A DNA stretch of 62,507 nt, counting the filler, from Nemertoderma westbladi (Eukaryota; Animalia; Xenacoelomorpha), in the NCBI GenBank assembly GCA_032718475.1. It is 3 parts of 3 records of this genome, joined end to end, with 100 filler letters (N's around TTAATTAATTAA, not from the genome) between each part and the next. Parts side by side here need not be neighbours in the genome. Positions count along the whole stretch, not along the records: positions 48,127 to 62,507 come from JAUCBJ010002097.1; 2 more parts are not named here. One strand, written 5' to 3'. The notes under the pieces were generated by a model. That model searched no databases. It was not told the origin of the DNA and was given only the letters and a program-made list of their open reading frames with translations. Each line of letters begins with the position of its first letter. The first letter of the stretch is position 1. This document shows, one piece after another, positions 48,127 to 60,200 of this stretch. The translations under genes were made by a program, and so were the position numbers.

Positions 48127-51100
48127 GGAGATAGTCCTCGAATGTAACAATCCTCCTACTGAGATCGTATTTCGGAATACTTCTGAATACGACCTAGGTC
48201 TCCCCCTGCTCTCTACCACTACCATCAATGTCACTGTCGGAAAACATATTGGGCATACAACAGGAATATGGAGAACATTCCATACCCTTTCGTTGATACT
48301 CAGCTGATTGCTCCTTGGGCCGAAGGCCGAGGTTTCTTTCGCACTATGTATGCCAATACACCCAGCGGCATTACTAAAGTACAACGGACATCCATCGGAC
48401 ATCTTGCCTTTCAAGAATATGGTTGGAATTTCAAAGTTGGAAATCCTATAAATTACCAGCAAGTATATGGAGATCATTACTCCCGTTTATATTTTGATGG
48501 ACCATTAACTGCGCCTGGTGCCGTATATAGCTTTATGAGTGTTCCACTTCGCCCTTCCTTAGCTATATACACGATCTTTGAAAACGCAGCACTTGCCGGT
48601 TGGCTAGCCGATGTGTGCAGTCGTACCATACGCGCTCACCCGTTAATACTTGGAACTAAACTCGCCAAGTTAGACGAACACAATAAGTTCATACGTTTCG
48701 AATGTTTCCGGCGCTTTCTGACTCCGTTCCGTAACGTCGATAGTCAGTTCAAAGATCGCGCGCTGACCAAGCTCAGTCTTAGAGACTCAGCTGCGGAGAA
48801 ACTGAGTAGCGCTGGATTTGCCGTGTTTCAAGACATTTGTACACAGAACTCACATTCATCCGTTATACAAAGACCCCGAATACCTACAGGTTATTCTGTC
48901 GTGGAAATACAGACAGTGGGTCCACTTACGGAAACTGACGCACCAACTTCGTCTATGCAGCTGGAGGATGAACCAGTATGCTTGGAATCCGAAGCGATTC
49001 AACCTACGGCTTCTCGGAGCAGTGACAATGATTATGTCATAGAGTGGTATCAAGGTCCACAGCGTCTCACAGCGTACGATTATCGACACGCCAACTACGT
49101 TTCCCGAAAACGTTGTCGATTATGCGCATCGAGAGACCACTTCACTCCTCTCGACTCGAGCGTACCTTGTTCCTATTTCCTCGAACAACCGATGATGGAA
49201 ATATATTGTGCTTATTGCCGGCTTAATAACTCTCATATATTTGCCGTCTGCCCACAGTTTATGACTCAATGTCACTACTGCCAACTTAAAGGACACGAAA
49301 GTTACAATTGTCCCTTTAATCGCGATTTAGAGAGCGTAGACGAGATGATCACCCTGCGATACATCCGAGCTTGGGAAGCGAACGCAGATTTACATTGCGA
49401 ATCCAGACATCGCTATTACCCTGGACGAGCTTACGAGGGAGTTTACGCGTTCCATCCTTATCTATTCGCGTCGATTGAACAGAAAACACGCGTACCAAGT
49501 TACGAGTTAATGAAGCGTGTTGGTGAGTGTATTTCCACCAAGTTTGTCAGGAAATACCTGAGAAACGTTAATCCTAATGATATAACCACATATCACCTGA
49601 TCAATTATATCCGTCAGGACCCTGAGTATGGCGACATTTTCGTGAACTCGCATCCTGAACTCCAGGAAGTATCTCGGCGCCCATATGAATACCGAACCCG
49701 AGAACGCGAGCTGGAGAGAACCATTAAACCGAGAAAGTTCCTCACCACTCACGGTCCACCCACCGCTAGTGTCCAGACGACCCGTCAAGGACCCGTAGAA
49801 GCTGCTGTCCTGAGACGCGCTCTAAAGGCCGTTAGACCTCACTCCACTGAGGTTGATATTAATCAACCAGGTACCTCGACCGGCGGGTATACCGATCGTA
49901 ACCCTGCACCTTCTGATGCAATTATATTGCACCCTTCGCCTAGGAGCTACAGCCCTCCTCGTAAAGTGGCTCGCCCCAAAGAGAAAAGGACTCTTGCTAG
50001 CCTCCAGAAACTGCGTAAACGCCGTCCGCGCAAGAAAGACTAACTGTTTAGAGTATCTTTGTGTTTTAGAAACTGTGATTTTTATATTTTATAGACTGAA
50101 AATCCCATTTTCTGGGAGCGGTGTAAAAGCCTTTGCTGAATTGCCCCGTTATTTTTATTATCTTTTACATTAAAATACTCTGTAGTTGATTTAATAAGTG
50201 TAAGAGACCGTATTATTGCTGTATCGGTGTTTTTAGAGGATCTAAGACCTATTTCCTCTGTATGTGTACTGTGAAAGGCATATTTTATGATTCTATGGCA
50301 ATTCGTGACGCAAAAGGGTGATAGCTACTCTTGAACAGTAGTTACTATGACTACGGTTAACAGCTGACATTCATACGTGTTGATTTCCTTTGTTCTACGG
50401 CGTCTCTCAGTTCAGTCAGCCAATGAGAGCGTTTTTGTGGCTCCTTGTACAGAAAATTTCCGAGAAATGACGCAATGCCTATGTGCAGTGTTTACATTCA
50501 GTCCTGAGCCTAAGAAAGAACGGCTTGGAAGTATTTTGTGCCTTACTGTTTTTTAGTCTTACACTAGTAGGTTTAATTATAAAGGGCATATATCCTTTAA
50601 CTGACGACTACCTGCGACATAACGGCATACCTAAAGACTACTGCTAACTGATCATACATCCTGACTGCTGAAACATTGCAAACTCGTAACAATCAGTGTT
50701 CAGTTGTTGTTTTATACTGCTATTTACTGTCAGTTCTTCATAATATGGTTGATGAATTATTATATTTGGAATAACGATAAATAACCCCGCAACCCAATAT
50801 TCTTGATATACCGAAGGTAAGAGAGAAAGGTTACCAATAACGATTGTGACTTATGTTAAAGTGGTTTGAAGTGAATCTAATGTTATTTGATAGACCCTAC
50901 ATGAGTCAGCCTGTGTTCCTTTTATATGTGACTAAAATCAGTGAAGATTGGCAGATTAGTATGCAGTATTGTGCAGCATTGTGTATGAGTGAGTCTGTTA
51001 AAGAAGCAATTCCTAAAGAATGCGCCATATATGTGAATTATAATTAAGCCATATCGTTGTGAGTAGTTTAAGTCATAACTCTGTTTATATAGATAAAGCG

Positions 51101-51382
51101 CCACGTCCTAAAGGAACTGTTAATATTCCCGAAGGTGAATAATATTGTCAGAGATTATATAATACTGTCAGTCGAATAATACATTAGGCTTACATAGCAA
51201 TAAAAAATTAAACCGTCGAACCCAATCTCCCGGGAATATCCAGCGGGTGAATGGTCGCGCACGGATTGGTTTCGACTAGTGTAGTGAATCAAATACTTGT
51301 CATAGACTAAAAAACAGATTTAATATCTAGAAGACATCTTAATTTGGTGGGTTAAACTGCCAAAGGTCTGAAAGCGCGAACA
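48127..51382 (+). mobile_element. BEL/Pao-like LTR retrotransposon, 3' portion (3' LTR 50122-51382); 5' part lost in the gap
   Basis: GGGAGCGG tract followed by TGTAAAAGC...GCGCGAACA. The LTR is homologous to 30799-32012 and to the solo LTR. The superfamily is inferred only from LTR ends and the 5-bp TSD; no pol is visible. Confidence 0.8.
48268..50043 (+). CDS. Element-encoded zinc-knuckle protein (591 aa) immediately upstream of the PPT and 3' LTR
   Basis: Intact ORF with CRLCASRDH...C, CAYCRLNNSHIFAVC and CHYCQLKGHESYNC (canonical CX2CX4HX4C), and a basic C-terminus KLRKRRPRKKD. The C-terminal codons are conserved in the copy at ~30557-30720. Confidence 0.8.
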   Translation: MENIPYPFVDTQLIAPWAEGRGFFRTMYANTPSGITKVQRTSIGHLAFQEYGWNFKVGNPINYQQVYGDHYSRLYFDGPLTAPGAVYSFMSVPLRPSLAIYTIFENAALAGWLADVCSRTIRAHPLILGTKLAKLDEHNKFIRFECFRRFLTPFRNVDSQFKDRALTKLSLRDSAAEKLSSAGFAVFQDICTQNSHSSVIQRPRIPTGYSVVEIQTVGPLTETDAPTSSMQLEDEPVCLESEAIQPTASRSSDNDYVIEWYQGPQRLTAYDYRHANYVSRKRCRLCASRDHFTPLDSSVPCSYFLEQPMMEIYCAYCRLNNSHIFAVCPQFMTQCHYCQLKGHESYNCPFNRDLESVDEMITLRYIRAWEANADLHCESRHRYYPGRAYEGVYAFHPYLFASIEQKTRVPSYELMKRVGECISTKFVRKYLRNVNPNDITTYHLINYIRQDPEYGDIFVNSHPELQEVSRRPYEYRTRERELERTIKPRKFLTTHGPPTASVQTTRQGPVEAAVLRRALKAVRPHSTEVDINQPGTSTGGYTDRNPAPSDAIILHPSPRSYSPPRKVARPKEKRTLASLQKLRKRRPRKKD

Positions 51383-51609
51383 GTGTATATGTGCGTAAAA
51401 TATGCGAATCTATAAATTGCGTTAATAATGCGTTAAATTCGCAATGTGAAAACCGTGCGTTAACTATGCGTAGTTCATTCCAGAATGAGTGTAAACCCGC
51501 ATGCGGATCGCATGAAATCAACTGTCACAGTTTTCATATTATAACCATGCGTAGTACGCATGCGAAACGCATAATAAAAACCATGCGAAAAACGTGCGTT
51601 TATCATACT

Positions 51610-51860
51610 GGGTTGGGTCCGTTTGCAAAGTATCTGCCCACATTTAGGTCCGTGCTCAACGCATCTACAATCCTTTGGGTCTGTGTGCAAAGTATATGAC
51701 ATCCTTTGGGTCCGTGTGCAAAGTATCTGACATCGTTTGCGTATCGTGCAAAGTATCAATCATCATTTGGGCCGTGTTCAACATGTCTGTCAACCTTTGG
51801 GTCCGTCTCAACCAAACTACCATCCTTTGGGTCATTGTTTAACGTACAGTATCTGACATG
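51610..51860. repeat. ~30-bp degenerate tandem repeat (TTTGGGTCCGTGTGCAAAGTATCTGACATC)
   Basis: About eight imperfect copies. Confidence 0.75.
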
Positions 51861-54803
51861 CTTCGGCACCATATTATTACCATCATTAACATTAGTAGGT
51901 AAATAGGGCAGGGTAGATTGTATACAAAGTAACCAATAACAAATATCACTATTGAAAAGTAAGTCAGAATCATCAGCTGATCCAAATTTATCCAAAAAAT
52001 GAGGTTTTGGCTCTTTGTGGCTCAATGCTTTGCTTATAGTTGCATAATTTTTCGCAGAATTAACTTTGATATCATTAATTTAACACTGCAACATCTTCTG
52101 AGTCGGAGTGGGATGGTGCCTCATCGTAATGGTCGTTTTTTGGGTCCGTATAGGTCTTTGTGCATTATAACACTGCCCAATGACTAACTTATTAAATTGT
52201 TTCATTATGAAGTGAAGATTTTATTTATTCCACATTGGATAAAATTTGTACATACATTAAAACAATAAATAAATAAAATCGGATTAAATTATGGCTGTAG
52301 CTACTGAAACTTTTAGTCAGGGTTTATTAACAGAACTTGTATAATATGTAAAATACTTTAAGAGTTGAGAGGCATTGAATCGTCCCCATGGGTTAGTGTG
52401 ATTGGACGTTCTAAGATCATTAAAAACAGAGCTTGTCTGAGTGGTGAGCTCGCCGACTGTGTAGCATTGCACGTAGCGTAATGAAGTTTATCTGTGGCAG
52501 GGCCTCCGCAGAGCCAGCAGAGACAGTTTTCACTGGGTTTCCAGAATTTATTTTACTGCATATTTTTTGGTGACACCCGTTGGAAATAAGCTGGAAATAA
52601 GTTGGAAATATTGTTTCATTATCAAATACTGAAATAAGCCTATGACAGTATAGTACAGTAGTATAGTAGGCCTAGTCCTTGCTCTAGGCCTAAGTAACAA
52701 TGTAAATAGGGTACTGAAATAAGTAAACTGACTGACTGACCAATGAGTCAATGTCAATGACTGATACTGCAGTACTGTGATACCGGTACTGCATAAGGCT
52801 GTAAGGGGCTCATTCCTGTTTGGGGGCCTACATCTGCCATCCTACTGTCAGACTGTCCTTACTACAGTCTGACAGTACTATTATTATAGGCCTATCTACA
52901 GATCTATTCCCTACTGCTGTACTGCCAGACTGCTGTACTGTAACCTGACCAGCTGACAGCCTGATCAGCTGACTGCACTGCAACTTTCCTGCTTACTGGC
53001 TTACACTGTTACACAGTCAGACAGTTACAGCTTAAGCCGCTGTATACCTTGTAGTAGGGTGTATTCCTAATTTACTATAAAATCTTACGGCAGAAGAGGT
53101 CGATGTGCCCTTCGCGCAGCACGTGAAAAAAACAAAAAACTGTCTTTTCTAGAAAGATAGGCATACTTCATCTAAAGCGGAGTTTCAGGGATGGATAAAA
53201 CACGGTGCCGGTCCCGAAACACCTCCCCTCCTGCCTGCCTGCCTGCGTGTTGTCGCTGCTCCATGCAGCCATGGGAATGAAATTACCCTCGAGGAAGTTC
53301 CGTTCTATAGGCAATAGGCCTACGTCAACCTGACGCCCATCACCCATCAACCCACGTCAGCACGTGGAATTGTGGCATTTTACTGTTTTATACTGTTATA
53401 TGAAGCATTCCGGTATTACTGCATTATTCATGCCGGTTTGGATGCCGGTATTATTCATATAGGCCTACCGGCAGACCGGTACCGGTACCGTAATCAATAT
53501 AATTACAGAATTAGGTTCTTTTTTAGTTCATTGTGCATTGTGCTGTTGTGTAATTTATTATTATACTGTTATTGTGTTATAGGCATAAGTAATTTTTAAT
53601 AATCGATCGTTTTTAATACTGTACAGCTGTAATACAGTAATACAGTAATAGGCCTACGTTCAGACGTTTTTTTAAGTCAATTACGAAAAATATTATTTAG
53701 CAATTATTACACAGTGCGTATTTTTAGGAATTGTGGCATTTTATGTAGGCCTACTAATTAATATTTTTAATTTAATCAATACAACAAAAATCTGATAATT
53801 AAATCAATTTTTTCATTATTTGGCATTTCTTACAGTCGTAATAGTTAATTAGCAGTTTTAGGTAATTATATCTGTATATAGATTGTAGAATATTACTGTG
53901 GAATCTATGGGATCTATAGGATCTTGTATTGTTTTTCTATCGTTAGGCCTATTAGACCTAAGCCTACTGCTGTACTGTATTACTGCGGTCCGACGAATCT
54001 GTACAAAAGAGTACAATAAAGTGCAAAAATATTACAAATTAGCGCAAAAATAGTACAAAAGAGTGAGAAACGCATACAAAACGTGTATACCTGATACCAG
54101 TGTGAGTATAGTCTACACTGAACTGACTGCACTACACTTGTATATAAATATATTTAATTGTAAGCAAATAATGCAACGGGACCGAAATATGCGCCGCTAC
54201 AGTGTCAATCACTAGCGGCCTTGGTTCTGTGGTCAGTATGAAATGATAGACAGAACTTTGATTCATGTAGATTTTGACTGGCTTACAAGTAGAAATAGGC
54301 TACAGTCTGACAGTTCGTATAATACAATATAATGCAATTCTATGCAGTGGGTAGATAAAACTCCTATAACAGAACTGAGACTCAAAATTTAGGTCATAGT
54401 CTTAAAGTAGCCCATACACCATATACTCAAGGATAGACTGTATGCTACATTGTGTACTCTATCTGTCTATGTCCGGACCCGGCAAAAAAGACTGAAAGAC
54501 GCCGGGTGCCGGGTACCGACAGAACCGGGTTTTAATAAAATTAAGCAATTTGCGTGAATGAGAATGACAAACAGACAAGCCTGTTTGACATACAGACATA
54601 GGCCTACCTATATAGGCCTACGTAGGTACCACTACACAAAGTTGCCTAAAGCAGTAGGTAGGCCTAGTCAGGTAGTACTGGTACTGTAGAAGTCTGGTCA
54701 GCTGGTAGTATTCTTGCTGTATTGCCCCCTGCAGCCCTGCGCCTGCCCTGCCTGGCACACTGGCAGCTTCTGACAGTTTTGACAGTCTGAGAGCTTGGCC
54801 AGT

Positions 54804-55984
54804 CAGGGTGCTGGTCACCTCGCCGCACTGCCACTTCGCCGCAAGTCATCTCGCCGCAGATTATGTGCGACGATGTGTCTTGTGGCGAGGTGTCTCACTG
54901 TGAATGCCATTTCGCCGCAAATTATCGGACACCTCACCGCAAGTCAATATTAATCATGTATTTCTATATTTACAGGAAAGCCTACTTATGGCATTGGACA
55001 TTATTATAAGAAGAAATAAAATAATACGGTAAGGTTTGTTGTTCTATTATAATTACTGTATTGTATTACATGTTATTATAGATACAGTAAGAGTATTTGA
55101 GTAACGTATTAGATTATAGTAAAATACGGTCATAAAGATTCATAGAGGACTATGAACTGATGAATGACATAATGAGTATTCTGACATAGAGCAGTAGAGG
55201 TCAGATCAGAATACGGTCATTGAAGTTGTTTCCATGTTATTGATTACTTTGCAGCGTTCCCTCCTATAGGCCGCAACGCTGCAAAGTAGTACTTTGCAGT
55301 GTTACGAGTAATTTACCAGAACGCTGTTAAGTTGACGTACATGTACTGTACATTGTACAATGCGTTCACGTAGTTTTTGTAATGCAGTAACTAAGTACGG
55401 AAACGGAAGTAAGGCAACATAATGTAATAAGGTTAACACTGTATGTTTATGTTAACCTATCACAGTTCTTAATTACAAATGTAATGTTCTTAGTGGATTG
55501 ATATACTTATATTTGTTGTCAGTCACTTATTTTGTTAAGAGCAAAATTATGGTCGAATTACATTTCAAATTAATTTCCATGATATTAATAATAATATTGC
55601 ATTAAATATTATAATTTTTTTTAATTTCTTACATTACCTATTTTATTTATTTGTGTGGAATTAATGTCGCACTACCAAATCGCCAGGACAAATTTAAGAA
55701 ATTCCAACAAATAATTATTTATTACATGGAAAAAAGTAGAACTTTTTTTCACTATTGTCGAGGCATTTTTAATACGTTACTAAAATTATCTTACTGTATC
55801 TATAATAATACAGTATTTATAATAGAACAACAAACTGACAAATCTTACCGTCTGACCGTATTATTTTATTTCTTCTTATAATAATGTCCAATGCCATAGG
55901 TAAAACTATAGGCTGATAGGCTGATTATCTGCGGCGAGGTGACCTGGGGCGAAGTGGCAGTGCGGCGAGGTGACCAGCACCCTG
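54804..55984. mobile_element. Non-autonomous TIR element (Mutator-like?) with CGCCGCA sub-repeats
   Basis: ~55-bp TIRs CAGGGTGCTGGTCACCTCGCCGCACTGCCACTTCGCC and GGCGAAGTGGCAGTGCGGCGAGGTGACCAGCACCCTG. The TSD is only partial (AGTCA). Confidence 0.8.
55208..55430 (+). mobile_element. 3' fragment of hairpin element family A, nested in the TIR element
   Basis: 55208-55337 is near-identical to ~2395-2524. Confidence 0.8.
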
Positions 55985-57211
55985 AAGTCAGAGTGTCCTG
56001 AAGTCTGATGACAGGCTGACAGCGACAGGATGAATGCCCCTCCCCGTCCGTCCCGTCTGGCGATCTGGCGATTGTCTGATTTATGCGCCAGGCGAACAGG
56101 TTGATAGGCCTACTGAATACTGGAATACCGGTACCAGAATATAGTAATATAAATATAGTGTATTAGTGTATAGGTTAGGCTAATTTTCGGCGCTGATTCC
56201 AGAAATGGCGGAATATTTTGGGTTTTTGATGGTCTTTTGGGTTTCAGATGTGGATGTCAGGATGTGGGTGGTGCTGGTGCTGCACCAAAATTACAAATTT
56301 TCAAATTTTGTGCGAAAAATTCAAATGTTGCAATAACTCGAGAATGAAACAAATTATCGAAACAGCCATAAAATTTTACTTGCATCGGAAAACCCATTAA
56401 AAAAATTGAATGAAAAAAGACTGGGTGTAAGTGTATAGTTATTATAGGCCTAAAAAGTTTCCTGAGATTATACTAAACTAAAACTCACCTAAAATTTATA
56501 TATATTACAGTAGTAGAATCAATAATATTGTTGCTCCGTGCTATCATAATATTATATTTAAACATATGAATTCCATGGCGAAATTAACATACAGTAATTG
56601 CATTACATTGAATTGAACTTTTATTGTTTTCAAAATGAGTATTCGCTATTTTGACGAATATCATTTTCACATTTGTTTCCTGTTTATGAACATTTGTGGT
56701 TTAATTTATTAATACATGATTCATACTACAGTTCAGTTCCCCAAAAGCACGCTGGTTCTGGGTTGCAATTAATTATTAGGAGCTTGGAAACTGCCTTTTG
56801 CGAACTATTCATACTGTCATTTGACTTAGCCACTCTTAATGCTTAAATTACATTGCCGGTACGGTACATATTACAATATTACATCCATAATATTTATTTA
56901 TCATTTGTATATTATCATTTCTTGTTTACGGCCTGTCTTGCTTCTTAATCTAAGCGTTTTGCCTATTCTACTGAGTAGGCCTACTGCTGTTAGCCTCTTG
57001 ATGATATAATACAGTAATATAATCACTATATTAACAATAATATAATATAATAATATATATCGGTATCGCTTATTCTGTATTCTATTTTTCGATTTGATTT
57101 CCTACCTCTGTACATATGGAATGGACTGTATGGATGGCTGTATTGACTGCTACTTCTACCACACATTGGCGGACTATTAAACTATTATAGAGAGATAGAG
57201 ACACCACGAAG

Positions 57212-60200
57212 ATGCCGACCAACAAGGTTGATTATCCCTCCATCAGTTACTCAGGATGTAATTCGAGTCCACTAAGTGATATCTCGTCCTACACACAATA
57301 TTTCGATGTGGAAACGAACGACCTTAGATCCCCTAGCACTCCTCGTCGCAATTTAAACGTCTCCAAAAGTTACGAAAGTGACGTTCAAGCTGGCTCTCAC
57401 AACACTAGCTTATCCGCAGGGGACGAAAAACTCAAACTGCTCGACGTTTCTAACTTACCTGAATGGAAAGAAGCCTTGGCTTTTACTGAGCGGCGACATA
57501 GACAGATGTTTTATAGCCGCGTCTCTAAACTCACAGATGGGGAACAGGACGATAGCGAAGGCGAAATGAGGTGGCGAATGCGTGAGAGGATGAAAACCGT
57601 AAGCGTTGCGTTGGTTATGTGTTTAAACATCGGGGTGGACCCCCCGGATGTGTTGAAGACGAACCCGTGCGCCCGACTGGAGACCTGGATAGACCCCCTG
57701 TCGTCCAACCCTCAGAAGGCGCTGGAGAATATCGGGGGGAACCTTCAGAAACAGTACGAGAGGTGGCAGTCGCGAGCGCGATATAAGCAGACACTGGACC
57801 CGACCGTGGAGGAAGTGAAGAAGCTGTGTACGTCGTTGAGGAAGAACGCGAAGGAGGAACGAGTTCTCTTCCATTACAACGGCCACGGCGTTCCTAAACC
57901 GACTGTTAACGGGGAAATTTGGGTCTTCAACAAGAGTTACACGCAGTACATCCCGCTGTCGCTGTACGACCTCAACCAGTGGATGGGGAGCCCCTCCATC
58001 TATGTGTTCGACTGCAGCAACTCCGGGATCATCCTCGACAGTTTCGAGCAGTTCGCCGCGTCCGGGAGTCGTCACGGTTCCAACTCCTCGGAACCGCCTC
58101 CCGACCCATCCTATCGCTGCATCCTATTGGGCGCCTGCGCGGCCAATCAGATACTCCCGATGAACCCCCAACTGCCCGCCGATATATTCACCTGCTGTCT
58201 CACCACCCCGATTCGAGCCGCTCTTCTCGCCTTCGTCAACCAGCCCTCCCACGGTAAACTGATCCGGGACGTCGACAAAAAAATGATTGAATCCCTTCCC
58301 GGCCGTTCCACCGACCGTCGGACGCCCCTCGGGGAACTCAACTGGATATTCACAGCGATAACCGACACGATAGCGTGGAACGTTCTGCCCCACCAGCTGT
58401 TCCAGACGCTGTTCCGACAGGACGTGCTGGTGGCCTCGTTGTTCCGCAACTTTCTGCTGGCGGAACGGATCCTGCGTTCGTTCTCGTGCACCCCCGTCTC
58501 GGTGCCCCCCATGCCCCCCACCTTCCAGCACCCCCTATGGGCCGCATGGGACTTGGCCCTCGACATGTGTCTGTCGCAGCTGAGCGGCGTGCTGGACGGC
58601 ACCGCTCGCTACCTCAACTCGCAATTCTTCGCGGACCAGCTGACCGCCTTCGAGGTCTGGCTGGACCTCGGCTCCCCGGACTGTACGACCCCCCCGGAGC
58701 AGCTGCCCATCGTCCTGCAGGTCCTCCTCTCCCAGCAGCACCGAGTCCGCGCCCTCGAGCTGCTCTGTAGGTTCCTCGATCTCGGCCAATGGGCTGTCGT
58801 TCTCGCTCTCTCCGTCGGAATATTCCCCTACGTCCTCAAACTGCTGCAGAGCTCGACTCGCGAGCTCAAACACATGCTCATCTTCATCTGGGCTAAGATC
58901 CTAGCGGTGGACTCCACCTGCCAGGTGGACCTCCTCAAGGAAGGAGGACATAAGTACTTTATTTCCGCTCTCTCGGATCCGCTGTTCTCCCTCGAGTATA
59001 AACGAGTGGCGGCCTTCGTGCTCACTAAACTCGTGTGCGACTACCCCCCGGCGCAGGAGCAGTGCACCCAGTCCAACCTGGTCTCCGTGTGTCTCGAACT
59101 CCTCCACTCCGACTACTCCGAACTGCGACTCTGGTCCGCGTTGTGTCTCGGCTACACCTGGTCCGGGTTCGACGCGGCCCGTTGGCGTGGCGTGCGCGAC
59201 TCGGCGCAGGAGAAGCTGTACCCGCTGCTGGGCGACCCGCACCCGGAGGTTCGCGCGGGCGTCGTGTTCGCACTGGGGCGCTTCATGGGCGCCGCTCCCG
59301 GACGCGTCACCGAGCACAGCGTCATCGTGGGCAAACACGTCGCCATGACGATGGTAACGCGCGTCCAATCGGATTGCAGCCCTTTGGTTCGGTTCGAGCT
59401 GATCGCGGCATTGAGTCCCGTGGTGCTGCAGACTCTCGCGGTTTACGTCTCCCTCTACGAGTCGACCGTCGCCTCCGTCGATCTGTTTCCCGTCGTCCGG
59501 ATGCCGGAGCAACCGGAAACTTCCGAGCGTTCCGGAACTCCGGACTCGCCTCCCGCCGACTCCGCTTACAACTCCGACAACAACAACGAGGATGACTTGG
59601 CTATCGAACGCGTCCAGAAGATCTCGCGTTGCCACCAGCTGGACCAACTAGCCTCCAGCAGTAAGTCCAACGTGTCGGCGGCGGTGTGGCGCACCTTGAT
59701 GCACCTCGCGTGCGACCCGCACCCCGAGGTGCACCGCGGCGCCCAGCAGCTGGTCAGCTTGGTCGCGGCCAAGGCAACCGCGATGCGTCTGCGACGACGC
59801 AGCTTCGCCGAGGTGGCGTCCTCGCCACCGCCGCCACCCCCTCCACCCGATCCCAGTCGGAAGTTCATGCGGCGTCGCTCCATCGGGCCGATAAGCAGCG
59901 GTGGGTTGTTTAACATTCTCGCGACGAGTCCCAAACTCGCTACGGTCCACAGCGACTCGGAAACTGTCCCGTCCCGCGGTCCCTGTCCCGCCTCCCCCAT
60001 ACTCACTCCGCATTCCACACACTTTTCTATTTCTCGTAAAATGTTCGATAGAGGGCCGTCGGCGCCCAGGCGGACTCCCGGGGAGAAGGGGAGTCTTGAG
60101 AGTGGGGAGCTAAAGGAAGCCGAGACTGCTAAGGAAGTTCCGTCTAGTCCGGAGACTACGACACGTGGTACCGGGGTTGGTTCCCCGCCCCCCGGGTTGC

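Noticed and set aside
55150-56020. Hammerhead ribozyme cores at CTGATGA motifs (also ~10647 and ~10913)
   Set aside because: No flanking stems with a correctly placed GAAA were found by eye; two of the hits are simply LINE coding sequence.
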